In this document: piece by piece, positions 18,827 to 29,484 of the stretch
How positions within the stretch are numbered: position 1 is the first letter of the stretch
Layout: each line of letters opens with the position of its first letter
Assembly (NCBI GenBank): GCA_965207885.1
Contig: OZ242311.1
Span: 2,944,001-3,008,000, forward strand
Source of the DNA: Candidatus Latescibacterota bacterium
GTDB taxonomy: Bacteria > Latescibacterota > UBA2968
Reading direction: 5' to 3'
Length of the DNA stretch: 64,000 nucleotides
The notes under the pieces: model-generated
What the model saw: the letters and a program-made list of their open reading frames with translations, nothing else
Told to the model about the DNA's origin: nothing
Databases searched by the model: none
Translations under genes and position numbers: made by a program

Positions 18827-21820
18827 ATGCCAGACGATCCCATCACATTAAACGCACGCCAGCGCGAAGCGGTTACCGCGCCGATAGGTCCAGTTCTCGT
18901 GCTGGCGGGACCGGGTACGGGGAAGACGCGGGTGCTGACCGAACGCATTGCGTATCTGGTCTCGCGGCGCGGCGTCCATCCGGAAAATATCCTGGCGCTC
19001 ACATTTACAAATAAGGCTGCTGCAGAACTTCAAATCCGCTTGTCGCGCACGTTGAGCAAAGAAACTGCGGAGGTTATTACCGCAGGTACATTTCACAGGT
19101 TTTGTATCTCAATTCTGCGGGAGCATCGAGAAACGGTTGGGTTGCCGCCGCATTTTGGCATTGCCGATGAAGACCTTCAGCGCACGCTGATCTATCGCGC
19201 ATTTCCTCGCCTGAATCCCAATGAAAGCAATTTGAATAATGTGATGCAAAATGTGAATCGCCTGAAGTGGCAGCGGCGATACAAGGCGCATGTTCCGATG
19301 AAAAAAGGGGATGCGGCATTGCTTGATCAGTACGAATCCGAGCTTAAGAAAAATCGATTGATCGATTTTGACGATCTCATCTTTCTCGCGCATGATTTGC
19401 TTCATTCGCATCGCCAGATTCTGGCGGATTATCGCGCGCAATTTCAACATATTCTCGTCGATGAGTTTCAAGATACCGATCCCGTGCAATACGCCCTCGT
19501 TTATTTGTTGGGCGCGGCTCACCGGAGTGTTTTTGTGGTTGCAGATGACGAGCAGTCCATTTACGGGTGGCGACATGCCAGGCCAGAACATATCGAACAA
19601 TTTCGGGATGATTTTCTCAAAGGTCGTTCGCCCATTTTTTTGGAGGAAAACTACCGATCATCCGCAGAAATTTTGCGGCTGGCGCGCGTGTTTATCGCCA
19701 ATAATGACGTGTTGTTTGAACGCAGTATCCATACCCAGAGATCGGGACGCCGCGTGCGGGGGATGGCTTTTGATACGTTTGAGGAAGAAGGCCAGTTTAT
19801 TGCGGGCGATATCTGGGATCGCATCCGGGAAACGCCCGATCTGGTTCACCGGGATATTGCGGTGCTTTATCCCCAACACGCAATAGGCAGCGAGCTCGAG
19901 CGCATTTTTATGCGCGCCAATGTTCCCTGCCTGATGGCTCATCGCAGGGGCTTGTTCGATCAGCCCGTGATCCGTCGTGCCCTGTCCGTGTTGCGCTATG
20001 CCCTCGATGGCGCGAATGACGCGAGTCTCGAGTTGTTTTTGCGGCGCGAACTCGAAGCAGTGGATCCCAAATTATACCCGGCGGTGCGGGGATTTCAGAA
20101 ACAAAAAAATATTGGGAGTTTCAAACAGGCGGCTTTTCTGTATCCGCGAACGGTTTCGGAAGAAGAGGGCGTGGATGTGGAACGCGCGCTGGGTCTGGCA
20201 GGTGTGGTACACAATGCCGTGCAAAGAGGCGCGGTCGCATCTTTGCCCCATCTGGTGGATGATATTCTGGACCAATTGAATACATCGGAGTTGCCATCTC
20301 TGAAAAATCATCTCGATGACATTGTAGATCCACTCGAACTTTCGGATCTCAATATCGCTCTGAATCGCGTGTTGCCACTCTGGCGCAGGGGCGGCACCTT
20401 GTATGTGGCGTGTCGAGACGAGGTGCTGCGGCATATGCTCACAACTCTGATCCGGGATGCACTGGCGCGGCCGGGTCTCATCATACGAGAGGCTGTGCCC
20501 GGCAGCCGATTGGATGTTTTATCCGATACTCTAATTTTGTCCTTTGACGAAGATCCGCCGAAAACACCCGAACACTTTTTACATTTGGGAGGCATGGCGT
20601 GTGGTGCAATGCTCGCTGCTCTCAAATTGTGTCAGGCGATCCGCTGCGCAGATTTGCCAGCGTATATGCCGGAATACACTGCATTTGCGTTGGAAACGGC
20701 GGATGACGATCCCGAGCAAGCACAGATCACAGCTCTGGGTGCTGTGCGCGTGCGAGATGGGCGTGCTGTCGATACATTTTATTCGCCCGTACGCCTGCGA
20801 GAGGACAAAGGCACGGCTCCTACATTTCAGGAAATTTATCTCGCGTTTCAGGCGTTTGTCGGTATCGATATTCTGGTCGCACACAATGGCTATGCGTTCG
20901 ATTTTCAGGTTTTGCACCGCGAAGCCCGCCGCAATGGCAGGTCTCGCATGCCCAATCCGACGGTTGATATATTGCCTATGGCGCGAAGCTATGGCGCGAC
21001 TGCTACACGCGATTTGCGCCCTCTTTGCGAGCGGTATGATATTGCGTCAGATCCAAACGATCCGCCGGCACGCGCGCGGGCATTGGCCTTGCATCGCGTG
21101 TTTGAAGCTATGAAGAAAGAGCGCGCCTCTCGCTACCGGCGTATGACGCATGAACGCCTTTTGGATCACGTTGCTCTGGGCTTGCTTTTTCGCACGCGCG
21201 ATGGGGTAAGGGATACGGAATTTTCCCGCGAAGAACACGTGCATTTCAATCTGGGGGCGCAGCGTCTTTTGGGGCCGGCCAATTTGTGCATTCGCAATCT
21301 CGTGCAGCACTACCCTCGATTGGATGCCGACCGGCTGCGGGGACAGGCGCGGATGTTGCTCGGCGAAGATCCCCGTCCCGATGTGCTCGCGTTGCACGCC
21401 CCCGATCAGATTCAACGCTTTCGAGACCTTTGCGAACGCCACGGTGCTGCTGCGCCATCTCTTCAGGAGGGCATTCGCAATTTGCTCGATTTTGCCGATC
21501 TCTACAAAGTCGAATTGGATACCCAAGACCGCGATGCTGTGCATTTGCTGACGTTGCACGCGGCAAAGGGGCTTGAGTTTCGAGAGGTCTATATTTGCGG
21601 TCTCGAAGATCGCATTTTGCCCAATGCCCGCGCCCTGAACAGCGCGGATTTGGCCGAACAACGCAGGTTGTTGTACGTGGGGATCACCCGCGCAATGGAT
21701 CGCCTCACGCTTTCCTGTGTGCAGCATCGTCCGGGCCGAAATATGGCGCCTTCTCGATTCTGGGATGAACTCGGTTTAGAACGCGATGATCGCGGTGTGG
21801 ATGCCGCTCCAACGGCGTAA
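18827..21820 (+). CDS. UvrD/PcrA-family helicase with an inserted DnaQ-like exonuclease domain
   Basis: AGPGTGKT, TFTNKAA, VDEFQD, LEENYRS, TLHAAKGLEF, RRLLYVGITRA; insert contains VAHNGYAFDF. Confidence 0.9.
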   Translation: MPDDPITLNARQREAVTAPIGPVLVLAGPGTGKTRVLTERIAYLVSRRGVHPENILALTFTNKAAAELQIRLSRTLSKETAEVITAGTFHRFCISILREHRETVGLPPHFGIADEDLQRTLIYRAFPRLNPNESNLNNVMQNVNRLKWQRRYKAHVPMKKGDAALLDQYESELKKNRLIDFDDLIFLAHDLLHSHRQILADYRAQFQHILVDEFQDTDPVQYALVYLLGAAHRSVFVVADDEQSIYGWRHARPEHIEQFRDDFLKGRSPIFLEENYRSSAEILRLARVFIANNDVLFERSIHTQRSGRRVRGMAFDTFEEEGQFIAGDIWDRIRETPDLVHRDIAVLYPQHAIGSELERIFMRANVPCLMAHRRGLFDQPVIRRALSVLRYALDGANDASLELFLRRELEAVDPKLYPAVRGFQKQKNIGSFKQAAFLYPRTVSEEEGVDVERALGLAGVVHNAVQRGAVASLPHLVDDILDQLNTSELPSLKNHLDDIVDPLELSDLNIALNRVLPLWRRGGTLYVACRDEVLRHMLTTLIRDALARPGLIIREAVPGSRLDVLSDTLILSFDEDPPKTPEHFLHLGGMACGAMLAALKLCQAIRCADLPAYMPEYTAFALETADDDPEQAQITALGAVRVRDGRAVDTFYSPVRLREDKGTAPTFQEIYLAFQAFVGIDILVAHNGYAFDFQVLHREARRNGRSRMPNPTVDILPMARSYGATATRDLRPLCERYDIASDPNDPPARARALALHRVFEAMKKERASRYRRMTHERLLDHVALGLLFRTRDGVRDTEFSREEHVHFNLGAQRLLGPANLCIRNLVQHYPRLDADRLRGQARMLLGEDPRPDVLALHAPDQIQRFRDLCERHGAAAPSLQEGIRNLLDFADLYKVELDTQDRDAVHLLTLHAAKGLEFREVYICGLEDRILPNARALNSADLAEQRRLLYVGITRAMDRLTLSCVQHRPGRNMAPSRFWDELGLERDDRGVDAAPTA

Positions 21821-21842
21821 AATCTCTTTCTCTACTCTGCCG

Positions 21843-22634
21843 ATGAAAAAAAACAAAGTTTATTTTATTTCTGACGCGCATATAGGCGGGGGCAAATATA
21901 TTCGTCCACCGCGCGTTCGGGAAGATGCGTTGATCGATTTTCTACGCGCTATTCGCAAAGATGCCAAATGTTTGTATATTGTGGGGGATTTGTTCGATTT
22001 TTGGTTTGAATATCGTTCTGTCGTTCCCGCACACGGAGCGCGTGTGATCTTTGAGCTCTACCATCTCGTTCAAAGTGGAACGCGCGTCATTTATCTGCCG
22101 GGCAATCACGATAGCTGGCTGGGGGGCTATTTATCAGAGCAGGTGGGGGCGGAGCTTCCCGGGCCTTTTTGCGACATCTCACATCAGAATTGCCGTCTGT
22201 ATGTGACACACGGCGATATTTTTCAGCAAAATTGGAAATTTGAATTGCGGCGGCGCATTTTGAAGCATCCACTGTGTATCGCCTTGTTTCGGTGGTTACA
22301 TCCAGATATCGGCGCTTATCTGGCGCGTATTGTGTCGCGGTCTTCGGATCTTGATATCAGAGAAGGAACGCGAAAGAAAAAGAAAACATATTTGCCTTTG
22401 TATTTTATTAAAAGCGCGGCAGAGAAATTTGCCGAGGGATTTGATTTTGTGATTTGTGGACATTATCACGCGCTGAGTGTTGAGCCGATGGACGGCGGGA
22501 CACTTATTGTGTTGGGCGATTGGCTGAGATACGATGCTTATGCTGTGCTCGAAAATGGCGAGATTGCATTAAAGCACTGGCATACAGCACCGGAAAAGCC
22601 GCTGCTGACCGATGATACAGGAGATCTCAAATGA
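21843..22634 (+). CDS. LpxH-like metallophosphoesterase (UDP-2,3-diacylglucosamine diphosphatase family)
   Basis: FISDAH, GDLFDFWFEY, GNHD, THGD, GHYH, LGDW. Confidence 0.85.
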   Translation: MKKNKVYFISDAHIGGGKYIRPPRVREDALIDFLRAIRKDAKCLYIVGDLFDFWFEYRSVVPAHGARVIFELYHLVQSGTRVIYLPGNHDSWLGGYLSEQVGAELPGPFCDISHQNCRLYVTHGDIFQQNWKFELRRRILKHPLCIALFRWLHPDIGAYLARIVSRSSDLDIREGTRKKKKTYLPLYFIKSAAEKFAEGFDFVICGHYHALSVEPMDGGTLIVLGDWLRYDAYAVLENGEIALKHWHTAPEKPLLTDDTGDLK

Positions 22635-24109
22635 TTTTGAGTATTGATCAGGGCACAACGGGGACAACTGCGTTGGTGTTGGATTCTCAGGGGGAAGTTT
22701 TGGGGCGAGGATATTCGGAGTTTCGACAAATTTTTCCACGTCCCGGGTGGGTATCGCACGACGCAACAGAAATATGGAATACGACACTGAAAGTTATTGG
22801 CATCGCAATCTCAGAGGCGGGGATAGACGCCTCTGACGTAAAAGGTATTGGCATTGCCAATCAACGCGAGACGACGGTCTTATGGGATTGGAGAACAGGT
22901 GAACCCGTACACGACGCGATTGTCTGGCAGTGCCGACGCACGGCGGATTTGTGTGCCCAATATCGCGCAGATGGTCTCGAAGACATGGTGCGTGAAAAGA
23001 CAGGATTGGTTATTGACGCTTATTTTTCGGCGAGTAAGATTGTGTGGTTACTCGACCGCGTCTATGGTCTGCGTGCGCGTGCGGAGCGGGGCGAGGTGTG
23101 TTTTGGCACTGTGGATAGTTTTTTGTTGTACAAACTCACAGGAGGGGCTGTTCATGCGACTGATTATACCAATGCATCGCGCACAATGATTTACAATATT
23201 CACGGGAGAGCATGGGATAGCAGATTATTGGAAATTTTTGACATTCCCGTGGGCATACTCCCCAAAGTGCGATCATCGGCTGGCGACTTTGGGACTACTG
23301 TGGATTTGGACATCTTGCCTGCGGGCATTCCAATAGGCGGGATTGCGGGTGACCAGCAAGCAGCACTTTTTGGGCAACGCGGTGTTTTCAAAGGTGATAT
23401 AAAAAATACGTATGGCACGGGGTGTTTTACACTTTTTCAAACGGGTGATCGGGCTGTACAATCCGCGCATGGTCTGTTGACGACGCTTGCGTGTGGGCCT
23501 TCTGGGCGCGTATCCCACGCGCTTGAAGGTTCGGTGTTCAGCGCGGGGGCGACGGTTCAATGGCTGCGCGATGGCCTGGGGATTATTGATACTGCCGCTG
23601 AGACCGAGGCCTGGTCCCAGGCGATTGACGATACGGGAGGTGTGTATTTTGTTCCCGCATTTACCGGCCTGGGCGCACCGCACTGGAACGCGGATGCGCG
23701 GGGGACAATTGTAGGGCTTACGCGCGGCACAGGGCGTCCACATCTCGTCCGTGCGGCACTGGAGTCCATTGCCTATCAGTCTGCCGATCTCGTCCACGCA
23801 ATGGCCGCCGATGCAGGGCAGTCTGTGACGAGTTTGCACGTGGATGGGGGGGCTGTGGTGAATGATTTTTTGATGCAGTTTCAAGCGGATATTCTGGATG
23901 TACCGGTGATTCGTCCAAAGTACGTGGAGACGACTGCATTGGGGGCGGGAATGCTGGCGGGATTGGCGACGGGCGTGTGGGATGATGCTGACGCACTTGC
24001 CGATCTTAACCCACCGCAACGCACCTTTGATCCTGCGATGTCGCAGGATCGCCGCGAGGCATTGCTGGCGGGCTGGCACAAAGCAGTAGAGAGAACCCTG
24101 TTGGCGTAA
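22631..24109 (+). CDS. glpK: Glycerol kinase
   Basis: IDQGTTGT, NQRETT, WQCRRT, GDQQAALFGQ, KNTYGTGCF, VPAFTGLGAPHW. Confidence 0.95.
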   Translation: MILSIDQGTTGTTALVLDSQGEVLGRGYSEFRQIFPRPGWVSHDATEIWNTTLKVIGIAISEAGIDASDVKGIGIANQRETTVLWDWRTGEPVHDAIVWQCRRTADLCAQYRADGLEDMVREKTGLVIDAYFSASKIVWLLDRVYGLRARAERGEVCFGTVDSFLLYKLTGGAVHATDYTNASRTMIYNIHGRAWDSRLLEIFDIPVGILPKVRSSAGDFGTTVDLDILPAGIPIGGIAGDQQAALFGQRGVFKGDIKNTYGTGCFTLFQTGDRAVQSAHGLLTTLACGPSGRVSHALEGSVFSAGATVQWLRDGLGIIDTAAETEAWSQAIDDTGGVYFVPAFTGLGAPHWNADARGTIVGLTRGTGRPHLVRAALESIAYQSADLVHAMAADAGQSVTSLHVDGGAVVNDFLMQFQADILDVPVIRPKYVETTALGAGMLAGLATGVWDDADALADLNPPQRTFDPAMSQDRREALLAGWHKAVERTLLA

Positions 24110-24121
24110 CCTACAGACTTC

Positions 24122-25282
24122 TCACTGTATTTGTTCCAAATAGGCAAGATGGGTTTGGACGGCTTTGTTTTGAGGATCAATAGCGAGCATATCGCGGTAG
24201 TGCTGACAAGCTTCCGCGATATCGTTTTTTTGTTCGGCAATGATGGCCAATCCGTGTAGAATGCGGGTATTTTCCGGGTGCTGTTCTCGGATGTGTAACA
24301 GCAGTATTTCAATATCATCAATATAGTCGGGATAATGTAGCTGTTCATTATTTTCACGAGACAATGCCACGAGACTTAGCAACGGATTCACACTGCCAGC
24401 AACGCCGCTACCTCGACGCGGTTTGAGATCAATTTTATCCCCAATTTCGGGAAGGCCGAGAACGATGGCTTCGATCAGGGATTCAACCGCTTCATCTAAC
24501 CGATCCAGTTCTATTAAAATATTGCCTCGGTTATAATGCACAGCGAGATTATCGGGCACCAGTTCAGATAAGATGTCGTAAATCCTCAGTTCCTGTTCAG
24601 AATTTTCTGTCTCGGCCAAATGCTCAGCCCGATCGTAGAGTTGCTCAATTTTGGTATGATTTCTATCCGTGATCTCTTGCGCCTGCTTCTCAAAGTCCGG
24701 ATGCACCAGCAAGACGAGTTGTCCCTTTTGATCTTGTGAAAACAGGGGCGTTTTGACTGTGTGCAAAATATCGCCCAATTCCGAAATAATTTTGTTCAAA
24801 AACGCAGGGGATCGCGATTGAAAAATGGGTTTCCAGGTATTGAGATCATGCGAGACATCAACCGTCCACAATTCGAGAGATAAAAAACGCCTGAGCGTTG
24901 ACTTCAACTGTTCTGTGGTATCAAAAAAAAACGATGTTAGGTAACCTTCTTCTACATAGTGGTGAACGAGCCATTGACGGAATTCGCGCTGGATAACCCA
25001 GGCGTCCTCCAGGCAATTGGCGAGCGTGAGTATCGACCAGAGCGGAATATCTGAATCTACTTTTGCAAGCGCCTGATCAATGGTACACGACTCGCCTTCC
25101 TCATCATTCTGGGCCAGATGGACATCGTCGATAAAGTTTTCTATGGACAATGCGCGTTTTTCTCGTTCGCTTTCTGCGATAACGAGAAAATTCCCCTGGA
25201 AATTTTCCCGGTCAATTGTCAGTGTGCGCACAAGTTCTCGATCGCTCATCACAGCACACTGTTGTATAACCCGGTCACTCAT
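24122..25282 (-). CDS. TPR-repeat protein
   Basis: PDNLAVHYNRGNILIELDRLDEAV and LHGLAIIAEQ...DPQN TPR motifs; start uncertain (25282 or 25372). Confidence 0.7.
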   Translation of the reverse strand: MSDRVIQQCAVMSDRELVRTLTIDRENFQGNFLVIAESEREKRALSIENFIDDVHLAQNDEEGESCTIDQALAKVDSDIPLWSILTLANCLEDAWVIQREFRQWLVHHYVEEGYLTSFFFDTTEQLKSTLRRFLSLELWTVDVSHDLNTWKPIFQSRSPAFLNKIISELGDILHTVKTPLFSQDQKGQLVLLVHPDFEKQAQEITDRNHTKIEQLYDRAEHLAETENSEQELRIYDILSELVPDNLAVHYNRGNILIELDRLDEAVESLIEAIVLGLPEIGDKIDLKPRRGSGVAGSVNPLLSLVALSRENNEQLHYPDYIDDIEILLLHIREQHPENTRILHGLAIIAEQKNDIAEACQHYRDMLAIDPQNKAVQTHLAYLEQIQ

Positions 25283-25292
25283 GTTCGTAAAC

Positions 25293-25511
25293 TCAACGGT
25301 GATATTCGCGCAAAGACAAACGCTTTCGCGGTCGTTGGATCTCAATGGGTTTTTCAGATACACTGACGTCATTGCGCATCTTGCGACCGAGCTTGCGAAT
25401 CAGATGAACCCCCCACCAGATTAGCGCCCCGATCACAGCCATCACCATCCCAATGCTGCGACCGCTGGCACTTTCAAGGCTCTTGAGCAAACTGTTAATC
25501 AGATCTTCCAC
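25293..25511 (-). CDS. Small single-TM hypothetical protein
   Basis: 72 aa, one hydrophobic stretch followed by a basic tail, fills the gap after purC. Confidence 0.55.
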   Translation of the reverse strand: MEDLINSLLKSLESASGRSIGMVMAVIGALIWWGVHLIRKLGRKMRNDVSVSEKPIEIQRPRKRLSLREYHR

Positions 25512-25526
25512 TGTTGATCGTTTCTT

Positions 25527-26492
25527 TTAAAAATACGGCTCGATATTTTTTTCAATGCGCTCGAGTATGGGCGTATCATCCACTTCGGTTTCAAATTGTT
25601 CACCTGTTACACGCTCGAACAGGTCTATGTATCGCGCGGAGACTTGTGTGCGAATTTCGTCATCTAATTCGGGAATATTATCGTCGGATATCCCCTTATC
25701 CACGAGCCAGAGGCGCAGGAATTCTTTGTCCAGACTTTCGGGTTCTTCGCCGCGCGCATGGAGGTCTTCATAAGAATCCAGGATCCAGTAGCGCGAGGAG
25801 TCGGGCGTGTGGATCTCATCGGCAACGGTTAGATTGCCATCTGGGTCCAGTCCCATTTCGTATTTTGTATCCACGAGAATCAATCCGCGCTGTGCGGCTA
25901 ATTCTGTGCCGCGCGCGAATAATTCCAGAGCTACTTCCTCGACTTCTGCCCACCTGTCTGCATCGACCAGGCCGCGTTCGACAATTTCCTGTGGCGAGAT
26001 CGATTCGTCGTGATCTTCTGCTTTTGTGGTCGGCGTAATAATCGCTTCGTCAAATTTTTGATTTTTTATCATGCCATCGGGCAAGTCAACGCCACAAAAT
26101 TTCCGTACACCGTTATTGTAATTCGTCCACACCGAGGTGTCTGTGCTGCCGGTCAGGTACCGGCGTACGACGATTTCGACGGGTAACATATCGAGTTCGC
26201 GCGCAACTGTCACATTGGGGTCCGGTACGTCAAGTACCTGATTGGGCACGATATCTGTGGTCTGATCAAACCAGTATTTTGCCGTTTTGTTCAACACCTG
26301 TCCCTTCAGAGGGATTGCGCCGAGCACATGGTCAAACGCGCTTTGCCGATCTGTGGTGATGAGGATGCGCTTGTCTTCGAGCAGATAGATGTCCCGCACT
26401 TTCCCTTTTTGGTATTGATTTGACCAGCGGTCAAATTTGGCTTCCAACAAACAGTTATTCAGTTGTGAACGGATTTGTGCTTGAGAGATCAT
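25527..26492 (-). CDS. purC: SAICAR synthetase
   Basis: KGKVRDIY, TDRQSAFD, TPTTKA..HDE, LVDTKYE, DEIHTPDSSRYW. Confidence 0.95.
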   Translation of the reverse strand: MISQAQIRSQLNNCLLEAKFDRWSNQYQKGKVRDIYLLEDKRILITTDRQSAFDHVLGAIPLKGQVLNKTAKYWFDQTTDIVPNQVLDVPDPNVTVARELDMLPVEIVVRRYLTGSTDTSVWTNYNNGVRKFCGVDLPDGMIKNQKFDEAIITPTTKAEDHDESISPQEIVERGLVDADRWAEVEEVALELFARGTELAAQRGLILVDTKYEMGLDPDGNLTVADEIHTPDSSRYWILDSYEDLHARGEEPESLDKEFLRLWLVDKGISDDNIPELDDEIRTQVSARYIDLFERVTGEQFETEVDDTPILERIEKNIEPYF

Positions 26493-26531
26493 GTTTGGTA
26501 CACTCCTTGGGAAAAATGATTTATGGTTGCT

Positions 26532-28520
26532 TTAAGCCGCGCGGAAATGCACGGCGTGGCCCCTTTCTGGGAACCAGATTACATCCAGCATCATTGATAG
26601 GGCTACGCCCAGGACATAGCCGACGAGTAAGCCTATGAAAAAGGGTCGCGATTTGTGATAGACAGAGGGACCGCCCACTTTGAGCATCACCAGCTTGATC
26701 AGCCAGGCGATAAATAATGTGAAGCTGCTGGCGCGAATCAATGGCGTTCCGGAAAGCGCGAGGCCCACCGGGTGCAGGGGCCACCACACAAACCGATGGC
26801 GCATAAAAATGAGGCCAATCATCGCCAGACCGCCTATGCCGAAAAAGGCCAGATTTTCGGGGTTATCCACGTAAAAGGGCGGATTATCGGCATTCTTGAC
26901 CGCGTTGGCGGAATTCCTAAAATAATTGCGCGCACTTCTGGGGATCTCGGCGACATTAAAATTAAATGCGCCTTCATTATAGCCCAGGTTCAAAGTGAGA
27001 AAAATGCTCGTTACAAAACTCACTGCGAAAGCCATATAAAGTGCTGCTATCAACTTGCGGCGGTTATCGGTGATGCCCTCGGATAACTTGCCGACCTGTG
27101 CGGTCGCTGGCAAAAATAAGCCCTTGGCATTCCCCGTAATCAAATTGGCGAATCGAAACGCCACATGCGTGGTGGATGGAATCCCGACGTTGCCGAAAAA
27201 GGGTGCCACGTAATTCCAGGCAATCCCCGGTATCTGCGTGTAGGGCATGCCCGTATCTGACAGAATTTTCGCCATCCCAATATATCCACACATACACGCC
27301 ATTAGCAGCAGGGCACTGATGATGGGATCCATATTCATCTGCATCATCCAGATAAACAAAAACGCGAGGCCCGCCACCACGCCGATCACGGCGGCGCGAT
27401 AGGACAATAGTTCGTCGCGATCATCTATGCTGTCGTCTTTGCCAAGGGCTTTCATTATCACATCCCGCAAATGCAGCCGCGCCACCCAGAACATCGAAAT
27501 CACCAGCACGACGAACGCGCCGCGCGTCTGCCATTGGTACACGCCGCGATAGGCAACGGGAACCATGGATTTATATCCCAATTTATTGAGCCAGCCGCCT
27601 TCGACAATGAAAAGGAGATCGAATACCCATAAACTGAGCAACACATCGAGGCTGGCAAAATAGGAAAAGAAGATGGAAAACAAACCCACCGATGCCCGAA
27701 TGCGCGGAAATTGTGGATCAATGATATGCCATCTGCCCCCGTGAATGGGAAAGCGCGGGAAATTTGGCAAAAAATAATTGATACAATTCCAGGCGATCAT
27801 GCCAAATGCCAGGGCGAATCCAACCCAGAACAGGCGATTGTACATAAAGCCGGGCAATGCGCGTTTGTCGCCTCCCGGTTCGGACATCATGTTGATCAGG
27901 GGAGCCATGGCTGGATATGCCAGGCGTTCGTTTTGCACCCACTGTTTTCTAAAAATGACGCCTATACAGGTCAGTACCACAAACGCAGCCGTAAAAGCCA
28001 TGAACCACCAGAATAGCGGTAGCACCCATATATCCCAGGGGATGGCCGCGCCCTCGGGGCGGCCTTCGAAAAACCACGCGATTCCATTGCCATCATTGGT
28101 GGGGATTAAAAAGTCGGGCAGATGTGGGTGCAGTAATTCAGCCCAGTTATTGTCTTCGGTCGCATAGAAATATGGCGCGGAAATATATCCGATCAAATAC
28201 CCTGTGCTGCTCCAGATCGGCATGGTCGCGCCCACGAGGCCCATCGATAAAATGGTATGCCATTCCCCGGATTGAAGTGAGAATCGCGCAAGCCTGCCCA
28301 TTATTGCGAGCGCAATGAGCATGGTAATAAATACGATGAGCATGGCCATTGGTATGTGCGAGAGCACCATGCGCGAGCCGTGATAATGAAATCGCACATA
28401 GACCGCTATCACATCCAGCAGTACCACCAGGAGCAGTCCCAATCCGATAGCCCGCGGCGTAATACCCCCGCGAGGAGATTGTTCGGCCTCGCGGCCAATA
28501 TTTGGTACTTGTGTTGCCAT
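26532..28520 (-). CDS. Polytopic membrane protein, DUF6785/DUF6784 (OPT-like putative transporter)
   Basis: Many TM helices; QW..NERL.YP, WWPLHPVG, RPFFIGL..G. Confidence 0.75.
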   Translation of the reverse strand: MATQVPNIGREAEQSPRGGITPRAIGLGLLLVVLLDVIAVYVRFHYHGSRMVLSHIPMAMLIVFITMLIALAIMGRLARFSLQSGEWHTILSMGLVGATMPIWSSTGYLIGYISAPYFYATEDNNWAELLHPHLPDFLIPTNDGNGIAWFFEGRPEGAAIPWDIWVLPLFWWFMAFTAAFVVLTCIGVIFRKQWVQNERLAYPAMAPLINMMSEPGGDKRALPGFMYNRLFWVGFALAFGMIAWNCINYFLPNFPRFPIHGGRWHIIDPQFPRIRASVGLFSIFFSYFASLDVLLSLWVFDLLFIVEGGWLNKLGYKSMVPVAYRGVYQWQTRGAFVVLVISMFWVARLHLRDVIMKALGKDDSIDDRDELLSYRAAVIGVVAGLAFLFIWMMQMNMDPIISALLLMACMCGYIGMAKILSDTGMPYTQIPGIAWNYVAPFFGNVGIPSTTHVAFRFANLITGNAKGLFLPATAQVGKLSEGITDNRRKLIAALYMAFAVSFVTSIFLTLNLGYNEGAFNFNVAEIPRSARNYFRNSANAVKNADNPPFYVDNPENLAFFGIGGLAMIGLIFMRHRFVWWPLHPVGLALSGTPLIRASSFTLFIAWLIKLVMLKVGGPSVYHKSRPFFIGLLVGYVLGVALSMMLDVIWFPERGHAVHFRAA

Positions 28521-28551
28521 CCTTAAATGTTCCCTAAAGAAAAATACACAC

Positions 28552-29286
28552 CTATAGTGCGCGCCCGCGCAAAACCTCGCGGCATTGTCCCTCGCTATTG
28601 CCCGTCACATTATAGGCAAAGGTATTCATGCGGCGATCTCGATGCGATGTATTTGGTCCCGATCCGTGGATGGTCAATGCGCTAAAAAATACCCCATCGC
28701 CCGGTTCCATCGGAACGGGCACCGCGTCTTCTCGCTCGCGATAGTGCCCCGGCAAAAATACGCCAAAACTCATTTGTGCACGTCCGTGTTCTTGCAGACC
28801 CCATTTCTGGCTGCCGGGGATGAACTGAATACATCCATTTTCGTCATCTGCGCCGTCAATGGCGAGTTGACAATTTACCATCAGAGGCCGATTGTCTTCG
28901 CGTTTCCAATACGCGTAATCCTGATGCCAGGGTATTGCCGTGCCATCGCGTGCGGCTTTCATCAATAGCTTGCTGTGATACAGTGAGATATTCGGCCCGA
29001 TCAGTGCTTCTATAATATCCAACATATCATCGCAGCGCAATGCGCGATTTAATCCCTCGCTGATTACTTCGCTGTGCATTAACTGTCGGATGCGCCTGGG
29101 CAGGTGCTCATCCTCAAATTCTTCCCATGAGATGCCGACTCTGTCGGGCATGTTTTTTGACATTCGCTCGTGCAAGCCCGCAATTTCTCGTTCGATATGG
29201 GAAATCTCTCCGGAAGTGATCAATCCCTTTTTTAACACATATCCATTCTGGTCGTAGAATTTTTGTTCTGCATCCGTTAGCCCCAT
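28552..29286 (-). CDS. Phytanoyl-CoA dioxygenase (PhyH)-family Fe(II)/2OG oxygenase
   Basis: FYDQNGY, PWHQDYAYW, NGCIQFIPGS, HGSGPNTS..DRR. Confidence 0.88.
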   Translation of the reverse strand: MGLTDAEQKFYDQNGYVLKKGLITSGEISHIEREIAGLHERMSKNMPDRVGISWEEFEDEHLPRRIRQLMHSEVISEGLNRALRCDDMLDIIEALIGPNISLYHSKLLMKAARDGTAIPWHQDYAYWKREDNRPLMVNCQLAIDGADDENGCIQFIPGSQKWGLQEHGRAQMSFGVFLPGHYREREDAVPVPMEPGDGVFFSALTIHGSGPNTSHRDRRMNTFAYNVTGNSEGQCREVLRGRAL

Positions 29287-29484
29287 GGAACACTCCTTTG
29301 AAGTTTCAACCAATATCTAATTTACAAATTATGACACGCTCTTGCAAAATCATTTATATTGTATAACGTGCAAATTAGAAATAGGGAACAGAAAAAGAGT
29401 GGCTGACGTATAATTGAGATTGAGCGCGTTTGTTATGCTCTATTTTTTTCACCGCCCAATTGGGCATTAAAATAAGGAAAGCCG

